DNA of 64,000 nucleotides from an uncultured Verrucomicrobiota bacterium (GTDB taxonomy: Bacteria; Verrucomicrobiota; Verrucomicrobiia; Verrucomicrobiales; Verrucomicrobiaceae), in contig CAINGK010000128.1 of the NCBI GenBank assembly GCA_903848465.1, positions 6,270 to 70,269 of the forward strand, read 5' to 3'. A program made the position numbers and the translations under genes. The notes under the pieces were generated by a model. The model was given only the letters and a program-made list of their open reading frames with translations, ran no database searches and was not told where the DNA came from. Below are positions 8,413-17,949 of this stretch, in pieces; the first letter of the stretch is position 1; every line of letters begins with the position of its first letter.

Positions 8413-9267
8413 TCAGGAAATCCAGCACCAAGAGTAACCGGGCGGACCGAGAGACATCGGAACAAGCAGAGCACGTTCATGCTCGGGAAGGTCTTGCGGC
8501 CTTTCGCAAGGTTCTAACAGGAGTTGCCCATGATTGTAAAGCGTCTCAATCAAAATTCGGAAAACCTGACTATCAGCCACACCGCCGCGTTCTGTGGCCC
8601 AAGCCTGATACCGAGCAAAAGTCTGGGGAATGGGAATCATCATCGTCGAGGAGCGGATGCGATCCAGATCATACCAGGCACGCAATTCGGCCGCTTCAGG
8701 AACAATGACGAATTCGACGGGCGGTGCAGGAGGCTCCGCGTCCAGCCAAGCGATCAGTTCATCCCATGACGCAGGCTGAGTGCGGACGCTGTTCGCGGTC
8801 TGGAGGATTTTTTGCAAGGCACGGCGCTGCACGGCGCTAAGTAGTTCTGAAGGCTGCGGCTTGCGCGCATACACCAACCGTTTGCCCTCCGGCAGGACAT
8901 ACGCCGCACCTGCGGCGACGAGCTGGCTGAGAGCAGCCTCAAAGAGAGGCTGGAGTCCCACAGGCAGCTTTGCCTTCAGTTTCACGGCCTGCTGCTCTTT
9001 TTTGGCCGAATGCACGCCATGCTTTAAGATCGCGGCAGCGGCAGATTCAGGGGTATGCGGGGTGAATAGCGACTGGGGTTTGCTGCGGGTGCCTGCGGCA
9101 ATGCGATTGAGCTCACCTGCTGCTGACAACGTTTCCAACACTGCGGCCACTGCTTTTGGCGTGGCTGACTTCCCGACTGCTGGTTTGACGAGTTTGGCGA
9201 TGTCTCCCGCTTTAAGCGGCAGTTCACTGCGGCTTAAAGCATCCTGAATGGCTTGTTCGAGAGTCAT
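8413..9267 (-). CDS. hypothetical soluble protein (284 aa), upstream partner of the P-loop NTPase
   Basis: ATG verified at 9265-9267. Coding-like composition. No signal peptide or TM segment and no motif I can name. Lies 5 nt downstream of the preceding hydrolase gene's stop. Confidence 0.55.
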   Translation of the reverse strand: MTLEQAIQDALSRSELPLKAGDIAKLVKPAVGKSATPKAVAAVLETLSAAGELNRIAAGTRSKPQSLFTPHTPESAAAAILKHGVHSAKKEQQAVKLKAKLPVGLQPLFEAALSQLVAAGAAYVLPEGKRLVYARKPQPSELLSAVQRRALQKILQTANSVRTQPASWDELIAWLDAEPPAPPVEFVIVPEAAELRAWYDLDRIRSSTMMIPIPQTFARYQAWATERGGVADSQVFRILIETLYNHGQLLLEPCERPQDLPEHERALLVPMSLGPPGYSWCWIS

Positions 9268-9272
9268 GGTAG

Positions 9273-10253
9273 TCAGCGGCGAAGGGTTTCTATTTGGCGG
9301 TCCAGCCAGTGCGTCACATCTTTCACCACTTCCTCGCGCTGCACATCATGCAGCAGCAGATGGTAGGAACGGGTGTACCACAGCAGTTTTTTGTCCCGGC
9401 TGCGGATCTGAGCGAAAAGGGCCTGGATCTGATCGGCGGAAGACAGCACATCATTCGGAGATGCAACGAAGAGCACCGGCATTTTCAAGCGATGGGCAGA
9501 ATCAGTGTTGTCATCCAGCATGCTGCCGATGGTTGAGAGCAGGCGCAGCGAGAAGGCGCTGACATGATGTGGTGTGATGGCCATCTGACCGCCGTGCGTG
9601 GAAGTTGAAGTGACTTTGATCTTCGATTCATCCACCCCCGCCAGTTCGCCGAGCGTGTAACGTGAGCGTGGAGAAAGCTTGGCCGCAGTTTCGAGCAGGA
9701 AACGCTGAAAACCGCTCAGCGTCATGCGCAGTCCGGCCACAGGAGATGCCAGAATGATGCCGTCGGGATCAGACCAATTTCCGAGCAAATCCGCCGCTGT
9801 GTGCAGGGCGATGAGGCTGCCCAGACTCTCCCCGTACCAAAACACCGGCGTCTTGGGATGCCTGCGCTTCACCAGCGCGTGAAACGTCGCTAGATCACGC
9901 TGCCAAGCCGTTGCTCCCGAGATGTCACCACGCTCAGCCACCACGGGATCATTCCCTTGGCCACGCAAATCGTACGCATAGACCGCATAACCGCGCAGCG
10001 GCAGTTGTTCGCCCAGATACCAGAAATCCGACTTCGCACCGCTCAGACCATGCACCGCGATCACCACACCGTGCGGCTTCACGCCGGCAGGAACCGGCCA
10101 AACTTTGCAGGGCATGGTTTTGCCGTCGTAGCTTACCCATTCCTCGGCACGGAGAACGCCACGACCTGCGGCCATTTTTTTCACCGAGGCACACCCGGAC
10201 AGGACGGTTAAAACCGTCAGCATAAGAAGGCGCTGAATGATTGATGGATGCAT
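9273..10253 (-). CDS. lipoprotein alpha/beta hydrolase (lysophospholipase / monoacylglycerol-lipase-like)
   Basis: Lipobox LTVLSGC. HGLSG...DLRGQG region. Nucleophile elbow GESLGS. C-terminal YHLLLHD. Confidence 0.75.
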   Translation of the reverse strand: MHPSIIQRLLMLTVLTVLSGCASVKKMAAGRGVLRAEEWVSYDGKTMPCKVWPVPAGVKPHGVVIAVHGLSGAKSDFWYLGEQLPLRGYAVYAYDLRGQGNDPVVAERGDISGATAWQRDLATFHALVKRRHPKTPVFWYGESLGSLIALHTAADLLGNWSDPDGIILASPVAGLRMTLSGFQRFLLETAAKLSPRSRYTLGELAGVDESKIKVTSTSTHGGQMAITPHHVSAFSLRLLSTIGSMLDDNTDSAHRLKMPVLFVASPNDVLSSADQIQALFAQIRSRDKKLLWYTRSYHLLLHDVQREEVVKDVTHWLDRQIETLRR

Positions 10254-10256
10254 GAG

Positions 10257-11036
10257 TCAACCAAGAACAGCCAGCGCTGACTCCACGAATTCCACCTGCA
10301 CCCGCACTCTTTTGTCGAGATCAAACTCCGAAGGTGATTCAAACGTTATAGTCACGGGGCAGCCCCGCACATGCAGTTCAATGGCTTCAGGCATGCCGGG
10401 CAGGTGCGTTGGCAGAGTACGACGCCGGATCACACCGCGGCTCGCGCGCTGGCCTTCGATGTTTTTGCGCGGATCAGGCGCGATCACGCGTGCGCAGCGG
10501 TCGATGATTTCATGACCGACCGTTTGCTGCGCGTGGTTGAGCTCATAGAGGTAAGTCCCCTGCGCGTCGTAATCTTCATGCAGACAGAGCCCAAAGCGCA
10601 TCGGTCGTCCGGTGATCCACCTCTGCCACGGCCCGCAGATCTCATCAGCCGAATCGTGAAAGCGACGATTGATGTCGAAGCCGCGATGATCGGCCCGTGT
10701 ATTGAGCCTGAGTCCCACAGGATTAAGGCAGGGCGCGATCAAAAATGACCCGCGTTTCAGCTCGTTTACATGCTTCTCCGCCCAGGTGAGCAGGCCCCAG
10801 GCTGAACCCGCCTCATCGCCATGCACGCCGGTGGAAAGATAGACTGCGGGGTCTCCTGACTGTGCAGCCGCTGATTCGAGTACGATCACGGGCATGTCCC
10901 CCACCTTGCACAAGGTCTTGACCCGACAGCCAGCGGAGCGTGCGAGCACGCGCCAGCGCTGGATGAGATGCTGTGCGTCATGCGCACGATGGTTAGGGAG
11001 CAGCTTCACTGCTTGAGAATGGCTGGTCCTGCTCAT
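10257..11036 (-). CDS. M14-family zinc carboxypeptidase-like protein (succinylglutamate desuccinylase/aspartoacylase-type)
   Basis: HxxE zinc motif in STGVHGDEAGS. NPVG, DINRRF, and a third zinc ligand in CLHEDYD. Confidence 0.7.
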   Translation of the reverse strand: MSRTSHSQAVKLLPNHRAHDAQHLIQRWRVLARSAGCRVKTLCKVGDMPVIVLESAAAQSGDPAVYLSTGVHGDEAGSAWGLLTWAEKHVNELKRGSFLIAPCLNPVGLRLNTRADHRGFDINRRFHDSADEICGPWQRWITGRPMRFGLCLHEDYDAQGTYLYELNHAQQTVGHEIIDRCARVIAPDPRKNIEGQRASRGVIRRRTLPTHLPGMPEAIELHVRGCPVTITFESPSEFDLDKRVRVQVEFVESALAVLG

Positions 11037-11063
11037 TCGTCATTCTGAATTCATCATTCATTC
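11034..11063. repeat. heptamer-periodic CATTCGTCATTC-type short repeat spanning a gene junction
   Basis: cattcgtcattctgaattcatcattcattc. It matches the reverse complement of 22558-22591 at 24 of the 26 aligned positions, including an identical 14-mer CAGAATGACGAATG. It covers the M14 start codon and the sulfatase stop codon. Confidence 0.6.
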
Positions 11064-12479
11064 CTTTTTCTTCTTCCCCTTCCCTTGCTTTACCAGTGGG
11101 GCCTCTTTTGTACGTCCTTCATTTCTTGCCACTTCTTCCGGCTCTGGAATCCGACCCTGATCGTGTGTTTGCTCGATCCAGGCATTCAGCACAGAACTCA
11201 AATGCTCCCGTGCGGCCCGGTGCTCCGGCAGGTTCGACTTAGCGAGGTTGTTGATCTCATAGGGGTCCTGCTGCAGATCGTACAGTTCTTCCGCTGGCAT
11301 CGTAGGAGCTGCCAGCACGGCCTGCACAGGCGTCAGTTTCTCCTGTGCGGCCAGGTCTTTGATCAGATTCCACACGGGATACTGCTTCTCCTTGTACTCG
11401 TTGTGCTGAAGGAAGGGGCGGTCGGGGGTGAAGTTATGGATGTAGCGATAGCGTGCATCACGCACGGTGCGGAAGCGGAACACCGTCATGTCGCAGCGAT
11501 CCCGGGCACCGAAGACGTACTCGCGTGGGGGTTCTGCGTTGGCCCCCATGAAAACCTGGCCCTGCATGCCCTGTGGTTTGGCTATGCCGGCCCATGCAAG
11601 CGAGGTGGCGGTCAGGTCGATGGACATGAGCAGGCGGTCGCTGACTTTGCCGGCTTCATAACCAGTGGGTGCGGTGATGCTGGAAGGCCAGCTCATGATG
11701 AGCGGTGTGTTCAACCCCTCCTCGTAGCAGAACTGCTTGGCGCGGACGTGTGCTGCGCCGTGATCGCCCATGAAGCAGATGACGGTGTTTTCCATGAGGC
11801 CGTCGCGCTGGAGGAGTTCCATCACCTTGCCGATTTTCCGATCCAGCTCTGTGGCGGCATCGAGATACTGCGCCATGTCTTTGCGGGTGACTTCATGATC
11901 GGGGTAGTAGGGAGGAATCTCCACCTTGGCCGGGTCTGCATGGGGTGGCGCGTGGAAGGTGCGGTGGGTCTCCTGGAAATTGAGCTGAGCGTAAAACGGC
12001 TGGTGCTGCTTTAAGTCATCCCAGTTGGACGAATCAAACGGCTTGGCGGGCTCCTGGAAGTTCCAGTCGGTCTTGCCGGTGCCTTTGAAGCCTGCTTCTG
12101 GCGGCATCTCCTTCACATTGGCGGTGAAGTAACCGGCATCACGCATGCGTTCGCTGATCACCTTCACGCCTTCGGGAAGGGTGAAGCCGTCATCGCGATG
12201 GGAGCGGTGGTTGTGCGCGCCGATGGTGGTCTGGTACATCCCGGTGTTGAATGCCGAGCGGCTGGCCGAGCAGACGGGTGCCGTGGTGTAGTAGCGGGTG
12301 AAGCGCATGCCTTTCGCAGCCAGTGCGTCCAGCACGGGGGAGGACACTTCTTTGGTGCCGTAGCAGCCGAGATGGGGACCGAAATCTTCGGCGATGAGCC
12401 AGAGGATGTTGGGGCGTTTTTCTTCGGCGTGAAGAGTGACGGCCAAGGCAAGGCTGAATAAGATGAGAAAACGGACCAT
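11058..12479 (-). CDS. Cys-type sulfatase
   Basis: Signature CSASRSAFNTGM (C-x-A-x-R variant). NILWLIAEDFG. Signal peptide begins at the internal ATG (MVRFLILFSLALAVTLHA). The ORF-track start at 12551 is an alternative. Confidence 0.85.
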   Translation of the reverse strand: MVRFLILFSLALAVTLHAEEKRPNILWLIAEDFGPHLGCYGTKEVSSPVLDALAAKGMRFTRYYTTAPVCSASRSAFNTGMYQTTIGAHNHRSHRDDGFTLPEGVKVISERMRDAGYFTANVKEMPPEAGFKGTGKTDWNFQEPAKPFDSSNWDDLKQHQPFYAQLNFQETHRTFHAPPHADPAKVEIPPYYPDHEVTRKDMAQYLDAATELDRKIGKVMELLQRDGLMENTVICFMGDHGAAHVRAKQFCYEEGLNTPLIMSWPSSITAPTGYEAGKVSDRLLMSIDLTATSLAWAGIAKPQGMQGQVFMGANAEPPREYVFGARDRCDMTVFRFRTVRDARYRYIHNFTPDRPFLQHNEYKEKQYPVWNLIKDLAAQEKLTPVQAVLAAPTMPAEELYDLQQDPYEINNLAKSNLPEHRAAREHLSSVLNAWIEQTHDQGRIPEPEEVARNEGRTKEAPLVKQGKGKKKKE

Positions 12480-12679
12480 GTGTGGAGCATGATCGAGACG
12501 ACTGCCCTGAGGCAAGCACGGATTTTTCCATCCTGACCTAGCACCTGCCATGACAGCTACGTTTGCGGCCAGATCATTTTAACCGATATGATAGTGCCGA
12601 AATTCGCATGCTAGAGGCTGGCGCACATCGCTCCTTGTAATCCTCTGCATAACTTCATTTACAAGCGACGGCCCAGGAG

Positions 12680-12699
12680 CCGCACAGGGGACTGTGCGG
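12680..12699 (-). terminator. stem-loop downstream of the 1409-aa gene
   Basis: CCGCACAG-ggga-CTGTGCGG (8-bp stem), ~87 nt after the stop at 12786. No U-tract. Confidence 0.25.
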
Positions 12700-12785
12700 A
12701 CCACTTTGCTGACGCCTTCGCGATGCCCTTTGGATATTCCCGCCATTGGGATGTCCATGTGATCATGCTCCAGCGCTTCTTTGCA

Positions 12786-15700
12786 TCACTCCCGTTTGCT
12801 CAGCAAATACTTGAGAAGTTCCAGAGACTTGCGCTCCGGCATGGATTCGAGCAAGCCGGGTGGCATGAGCGAGACGGGCATTTTCTGGCGGCTTTTGAGG
12901 TCGGCTTTGGAGATGATGACGGACTCGGTGACGGTGCGTGCCGTGATGGCGGTGTCGGTTTCCTGCTCGATGACGCCGGAGATGACGGTGCCGTCTTTTT
13001 TGGTGAGGACGTGAAGCTGGAAATTGTCTCCGACGACGGCATTGGGATCGATGATGTTTTCGAGGAAGTAATCGAGGCCGTTGCGCCAGGAGCCTGCGAG
13101 ATCGGGGCCGAGCTTGCCACCGACACCGCCCATGGCATGGCAGACGGCGCAGACTTGCTTGAAGGTTTCCTCGCCTGCTTTGCCATTGAAGGCCCAGAGA
13201 GGAGCGGACTGATACGCCTTCTTGAGTTTGGCGATGCTGGCTTTGGCGGCTTCGCTGGAGTCGTTCACTTTGCCCCAGGTGGCATCGAGGAGGGTGTTGA
13301 TCTCCGCGTGGTTCAGATTGCGCATCTGGCGGATTTGCAGCGAGCTGAGGTATTTTTTCTCGAAGGTGCCGGCCTTGACGGCAGCGAGGAGTGGCAGAGC
13401 AAGTTCGGCGCGGCTGGTGAGGGCTCCCAAGGCAGCGCTGCGGTCGGTGTCATTGAGTTTGGTGAAACGGGCCATCAGAGCTCTGGCTATTGCTGGATCG
13501 GCGGAGCGGGAGAGAAGCGGGATGACCGCGCTGGTGAAGTCGGGTTGATCGAGCAGTTTGGCGAAGATGGGTGTCGCTTCTGTGTCGCTGACACGCTTCA
13601 GCAGATCGAAGGCGCTGCGGCGCTGGGGAAGCGGCGTTGTTTCATCCGCCAAGGCGCTGCGCATCTTTGCCAGAACGGTCTTGTCGCCAAACAGAGCGGA
13701 GAGTTGATCTGCGGTTGTGCCGGGAAATTTGGCCTGCAGTTGGGGCCATGTTTTGGGCATGGCCGCTTTCGCCTCGTCCTTCATGCCGAAGGCGAGGAGT
13801 TTCAAATCGCGTTCGGTTTGAATGGTGGGGATCAAAGCTTCGCGACCTGCGGGAGTCGTGGCGGCGAACCAGCGGATGGAATCGGCGAGGGATGGGAGAG
13901 GAGTTTTTGCTGCGAGTGCGAGGCCGCGGGGCCAGTCTTCTGCCACGACTCGGGCGAGGCCGAACCAGATCATCTTGGGCAGGAAGCGGTCGTCTTTGTC
14001 CTCGGCGTGCATGGCGAGTGCGGAGGCGACTTCCCAAACGGTTTTTGTGTCCAGCTTTGGCAAGGCTGAGGCGAGTGCGAGGCGGACGGTGGGAGAGGGG
14101 TCGGTTTGGGCGAGCTTGAGGAGGGTGGCGGAGGTGAGCTTGGGTTTGCCGGTTTCTTCGGTGTCGAGCTGTATGGCCCAGGAACGGACGATGTCGTTTT
14201 TATCAGTGACGGCGGTTTCCAAAAAGCGGCCACTCAGTTTGTCGATGACATGAAGCGACCATAAGGATTGCAGAGGTTTCGTGTGAAACTGTGTTTCGAG
14301 CCTAGAGGCATCTACTTGCTCCAGCGTGGCTTTCTCCTGCAACAACCTTCGTGCAATGCGAGCAGCCCAATCATTGGCGTCCCCGATCATGCCCTCGAGA
14401 TCTTGATCCTTGAGCTTGGATATATCCACCTTCACCGGTTTGTATGTCTTCTTCCATGAGATGCGGTAGATGCGGCCGTTGGTACGGTCCCATTTTTCGT
14501 CTTCGGGATTGTGGCAGTGCTGGGTGTCGGTCCAGTCGATGACATAGACGGCACCGTCGGGGCCGGTTTGGAGATCGACGGGGATGTAGTCGGGGGCGGG
14601 GCTGTAGAGGAGATCGTAGCCGGCGTGGAAGGTCTCATAGCCGCTGCCAGTACGGACCATGTGCTGCTGATTGATCTGATGGCCGTGGAGGTTGTGCGTG
14701 AAGAGGTGATCGCGATAGATTGCGGGCCAGTTGTTGCCGTTATAGATCAGGGTGCCGACGTGTGAGTGGCCGCCATAGACGGCGGTGGTGCCGGGCTTGC
14801 CTGCGCCGCCTTCACCGCTGTCATAGCGCGCAGAAGCGGGGAGGTAGTTTTGCAGATCAGGCGCGAAGTCCGGGGCGGTGGCGGAGATGAAGGGGGCGTA
14901 TTTGCTGTTGGCCTGATTCCAGAAGTGGCCGTTGCGGATGGCATTCGTCGTGCCGCCTTTGCCCCAGAAGCTGCGGCAGTGGGTCATGAAGAAATGGCCG
15001 TTGCTGTTGTAGTCGAGGCCCCACTGATTGCTGCCACCGCTGCAGAAGATTTCGAATTCATGCCGCACGGGATGATAACGCCAGACCCCTGCATTCAGTG
15101 TGATGCGCTTCTCGTCCGGTGTGCCGGGTTTGCCGATGAGTGATTGGGTGAAGACGCCTTGATTGCCATAGAGCCAGCCGTCCGGGCCCCAGATGAAGCT
15201 GTTGAGGGTTTCGTGTGTGTCTTGATAGCCCCAGCCGTCGAGGAGGGCGTAGGCGGTGAAGTTGAGGCCGGGGACTTTCGAATAGGACTGATAGGTCTTA
15301 TGGGATGTATCCAAGGCATCGGCGCGGTCATCGTGATCCGCGTCTGGAATGAACATCAAATAGGGTGCGGCACCGACCCACACGCCGCCGAAGCCGACCT
15401 CGATGCCGCTGACGAGATTCAGTCCTTCGCAGAATACTTTCTTGGTTTCAAAGGAGCCGTCGCCGTTTGTGTCTTCGAAGATGCTGATGCGGTCTTTCCC
15501 CTGCCCTTCGGGCTGGCGGTTTGGATAACTGAAGGCCTCCGCCACCCACATGCGGCCGCGTTCATCGAAGCAGAAGGCGATGGGCTGCCGCACATCGGGC
15601 TCGGCGGCGATGAGTTCCACCTGAAAGCCGTCCTGCAGTTTCATGGCTGCGACGAGCTTCTGGGCTGCGTCGTTTTTCACGCTGGTTGGTTTGGCTGGAT

Positions 15701-16979
15701 TTGGCAGCAGGTGCCAGAGGACGGGGCTTTCGTTATCGCGCTTCGATCGATCATTGCTGATGCTCAGAGCAGCGGCGGCGAAGGTCGGCTTTTGATCGTG
15801 GAAGACGAAGTCGTCGAAATTGACATGACCCCAGCCAGTTTTGGATTGATCGACGATGCGGATGAAGATGCGTTTGCCGACGGCGCTTTCCAGATTCACG
15901 GCGACGCGCTGCATGTTTTCCTGCTGAGCGGCGCTGCTGCTTTGAATGACTTTGCCGGTGGCTTCCTCGACGATTTCGACTCGCTCGGTGTTTGCATCGG
16001 CTGCGGCACCGAGCAGGAAGCTGGCCCATGGGTGGGTGGCGACGAAGCTCGTCGAAGTGAGGGTTCCGGTGCCTTTGTCGCCGTTGCGCTCGTAACCGCC
16101 GAGCCAGAACTTGCCTGCGTGCTGGGAGTTGCCGCGTTTGCGGATCGCTACTGTATCGCCTTCGACGGGTTGTTTTTCCCAGGCGTCGCCTTCGGCTTTC
16201 CAGCCTGCGAGGGTGCCAGTTTCGAAGCCGAGGTTGAGTTCGGCGGGCGGTGAGATGGAGGGGACGTCGGTGGTGCGGGCAGGAGTGCCCGCATCGCTGC
16301 GCTGCGGTATCGCGGTTTTGCCGAGATGTGCGAGCTGGATGTTGCGGAACTGCACTTTGGCCGGACCTGGGCCGCTGTGGAGCTGAAAGGCGATTTTGCC
16401 GCTCCATTCGGCGGCTTTGGCTTCGTGATCATCGAGGACGCTCATGAGGACGTCATTGACGCGCACCTCCACGTGGGAGGCGGTGGCGGTGATCTGGTAT
16501 TTGTTCCAGTCGTTGGCTTTAATGACGGAGGTGAGACTCTTCGGCTCGGCAAACACATCTGCCCAGCGGCGGCCGTCTGGTGCGATGCTCACGCGTGAGC
16601 CGCGCTCCACGAGCAGGGCGCGGCCGTGCTCGTCGTAGATGCGGCCCAGCCACACGGCGCCTTGATCGAGATCTGCCTGATAGCCGCTGGCGTGACCGTC
16701 CGGGTTCTGTTGGCAACGATACTGGATGCCGGAGTTAGCACTGGGGCCGCCGGTGATGCGGAACTCCACGGTGAGATCGAAGTCATGGACCTCGCCGTCC
16801 CAGAAGATCCACTCGTTGCCTTTGAGCTGCTGATTTGCAGGGATTTCACCCGTGATCGCGCCATCCTCCACGCGCCAGTGCTCTGCTTTGCCGGACCAAT
16901 GTTCGAGTGACTTGCCATCGAAAATCGAGTCAGCGTATAGCGGCAGCGTGGCGAACAGGAGAACGCAGAGAGATTTCAT
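12786..16979 (-). CDS. large secreted multidomain protein: DUF1080 + LamG-like + dehydrogenase-like beta-propeller + HEAT repeats + C-terminal c-type cytochrome (PVC-type heme-binding CxxCH protein)
   Basis: Signal peptide starts at the ATG at 16979 (MKSLCVLLFATLPLYA). DUF1080-like FDGKSLEHWSG..WRVEDGAITGE. FQVELIAAEPDVRQPIAFCFDERGRMWVAE matches the membrane-bound-dehydrogenase-type domain. C-terminal heme motif CAVCHAMGG. Confidence 0.8.
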   Translation of the reverse strand: MKSLCVLLFATLPLYADSIFDGKSLEHWSGKAEHWRVEDGAITGEIPANQQLKGNEWIFWDGEVHDFDLTVEFRITGGPSANSGIQYRCQQNPDGHASGYQADLDQGAVWLGRIYDEHGRALLVERGSRVSIAPDGRRWADVFAEPKSLTSVIKANDWNKYQITATASHVEVRVNDVLMSVLDDHEAKAAEWSGKIAFQLHSGPGPAKVQFRNIQLAHLGKTAIPQRSDAGTPARTTDVPSISPPAELNLGFETGTLAGWKAEGDAWEKQPVEGDTVAIRKRGNSQHAGKFWLGGYERNGDKGTGTLTSTSFVATHPWASFLLGAAADANTERVEIVEEATGKVIQSSSAAQQENMQRVAVNLESAVGKRIFIRIVDQSKTGWGHVNFDDFVFHDQKPTFAAAALSISNDRSKRDNESPVLWHLLPNPAKPTSVKNDAAQKLVAAMKLQDGFQVELIAAEPDVRQPIAFCFDERGRMWVAEAFSYPNRQPEGQGKDRISIFEDTNGDGSFETKKVFCEGLNLVSGIEVGFGGVWVGAAPYLMFIPDADHDDRADALDTSHKTYQSYSKVPGLNFTAYALLDGWGYQDTHETLNSFIWGPDGWLYGNQGVFTQSLIGKPGTPDEKRITLNAGVWRYHPVRHEFEIFCSGGSNQWGLDYNSNGHFFMTHCRSFWGKGGTTNAIRNGHFWNQANSKYAPFISATAPDFAPDLQNYLPASARYDSGEGGAGKPGTTAVYGGHSHVGTLIYNGNNWPAIYRDHLFTHNLHGHQINQQHMVRTGSGYETFHAGYDLLYSPAPDYIPVDLQTGPDGAVYVIDWTDTQHCHNPEDEKWDRTNGRIYRISWKKTYKPVKVDISKLKDQDLEGMIGDANDWAARIARRLLQEKATLEQVDASRLETQFHTKPLQSLWSLHVIDKLSGRFLETAVTDKNDIVRSWAIQLDTEETGKPKLTSATLLKLAQTDPSPTVRLALASALPKLDTKTVWEVASALAMHAEDKDDRFLPKMIWFGLARVVAEDWPRGLALAAKTPLPSLADSIRWFAATTPAGREALIPTIQTERDLKLLAFGMKDEAKAAMPKTWPQLQAKFPGTTADQLSALFGDKTVLAKMRSALADETTPLPQRRSAFDLLKRVSDTEATPIFAKLLDQPDFTSAVIPLLSRSADPAIARALMARFTKLNDTDRSAALGALTSRAELALPLLAAVKAGTFEKKYLSSLQIRQMRNLNHAEINTLLDATWGKVNDSSEAAKASIAKLKKAYQSAPLWAFNGKAGEETFKQVCAVCHAMGGVGGKLGPDLAGSWRNGLDYFLENIIDPNAVVGDNFQLHVLTKKDGTVISGVIEQETDTAITARTVTESVIISKADLKSRQKMPVSLMPPGLLESMPERKSLELLKYLLSKRE

Positions 16980-17075
16980 GGCGGTGGGAGCAGGTTGGGG
17001 ACTCTGCTTATACAACCACCGGCGTCAGCATGATACAGACATGATTTTGGCCGAATCGGACATGAGGCCGCTGTG

Positions 17076-17933
17076 TCACTTCTTCAGCACGCCGACAACG
17101 AATGCATCCAAGGCTTTCGTCGCGGGATCGTCGGGCAGACCGAGGTCGTCATTGAGCTTGACGTGACTGGTATCTTTGGCACCGAAGACGGTGGTGGGCA
17201 CTCCGGCTTCCTTCAGGGCATTGCCAAGGCGGGCAGCTTGTGCGCTGGTATCTGGATGGGCGGCCACGTGCAGGATGAGGAAAGGAGGGATGCCTTTGCC
17301 TTTGGCCACATGGGTGACAGCGGAGAAGTCGATATGCTTTTCTGGAGTACCGCCAAACTTTTCGCGGTGGCCGTTCACCCGTGGTGGCAGATGATGGACG
17401 CGGAGGCGTGTCTCCGCTGTCTCGATGATGGCGGGCACGTCGTAGGTGTCGCCATCGACTGGGACGCAGCCGATGAGGCAGTCAAAAGAAGCGCCTTCGG
17501 TCTTCAGGTAACGATCATCTGTGCAAAGCAGCGCCGCGAGCTGTGCCCCGGCCGAGTGGCCGCCCACGAGCACGCGCTTGGGGTCGCCGCCATATTCGGC
17601 GATGTGTTTTTCCATCCAGCCGAAGGCTTTGGCGACATCACGAGTGAGCGTGCCCATGTCCACTTCGGGCAGCAGGCGATAATTGGTGGAGACAACCATA
17701 AAGCCTTTGCCCATGAACCACTGCGGTTTGAGCTTCACATCCGTCTTGTCGCCCTGCGACCAACCACCGCCGTGAATCCAGAATACGACGGGCAGATTTT
17801 TGGCGTTCGCAGGTGCGTAGATGTCGAGCACGTGGCGTGCGTGGCCGTTTTCGACGTAGGGGATGTTGGACTTCACGCTCTGAGCGAACGTGCTTGCTGC
17901 AAAAGCGAGCGTGGCGAGGAGGATGAGTTTCAT
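17076..17933 (-). CDS. secreted carboxylesterase/lipase, alpha/beta hydrolase (HGGG, family IV-like)
   Basis: Signal peptide starts at the ATG at 17933 ([17 protein letters not shown]). Oxyanion motif WIHGGGW. Nucleophile elbow GGHSAGA. Confidence 0.75.
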   Translation of the reverse strand: MKLILLATLAFAASTFAQSVKSNIPYVENGHARHVLDIYAPANAKNLPVVFWIHGGGWSQGDKTDVKLKPQWFMGKGFMVVSTNYRLLPEVDMGTLTRDVAKAFGWMEKHIAEYGGDPKRVLVGGHSAGAQLAALLCTDDRYLKTEGASFDCLIGCVPVDGDTYDVPAIIETAETRLRVHHLPPRVNGHREKFGGTPEKHIDFSAVTHVAKGKGIPPFLILHVAAHPDTSAQAARLGNALKEAGVPTTVFGAKDTSHVKLNDDLGLPDDPATKALDAFVVGVLKK

Positions 17934-17949
17934 GGTTGGGGAGTGGTTG

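Noticed and set aside
12723-16253. Long plus-strand ORFs (12723-14069, 448 aa; 15144-16253, 369 aa; and several shorter ones) opposite the 1409-aa gene
   Set aside because: They are Gly/Ala/Val/Asp/Glu-rich mirror-frame products with no motifs, which is typical of antisense shadow ORFs in GC-rich DNA. The minus-strand frame carries clear domain signatures throughout.
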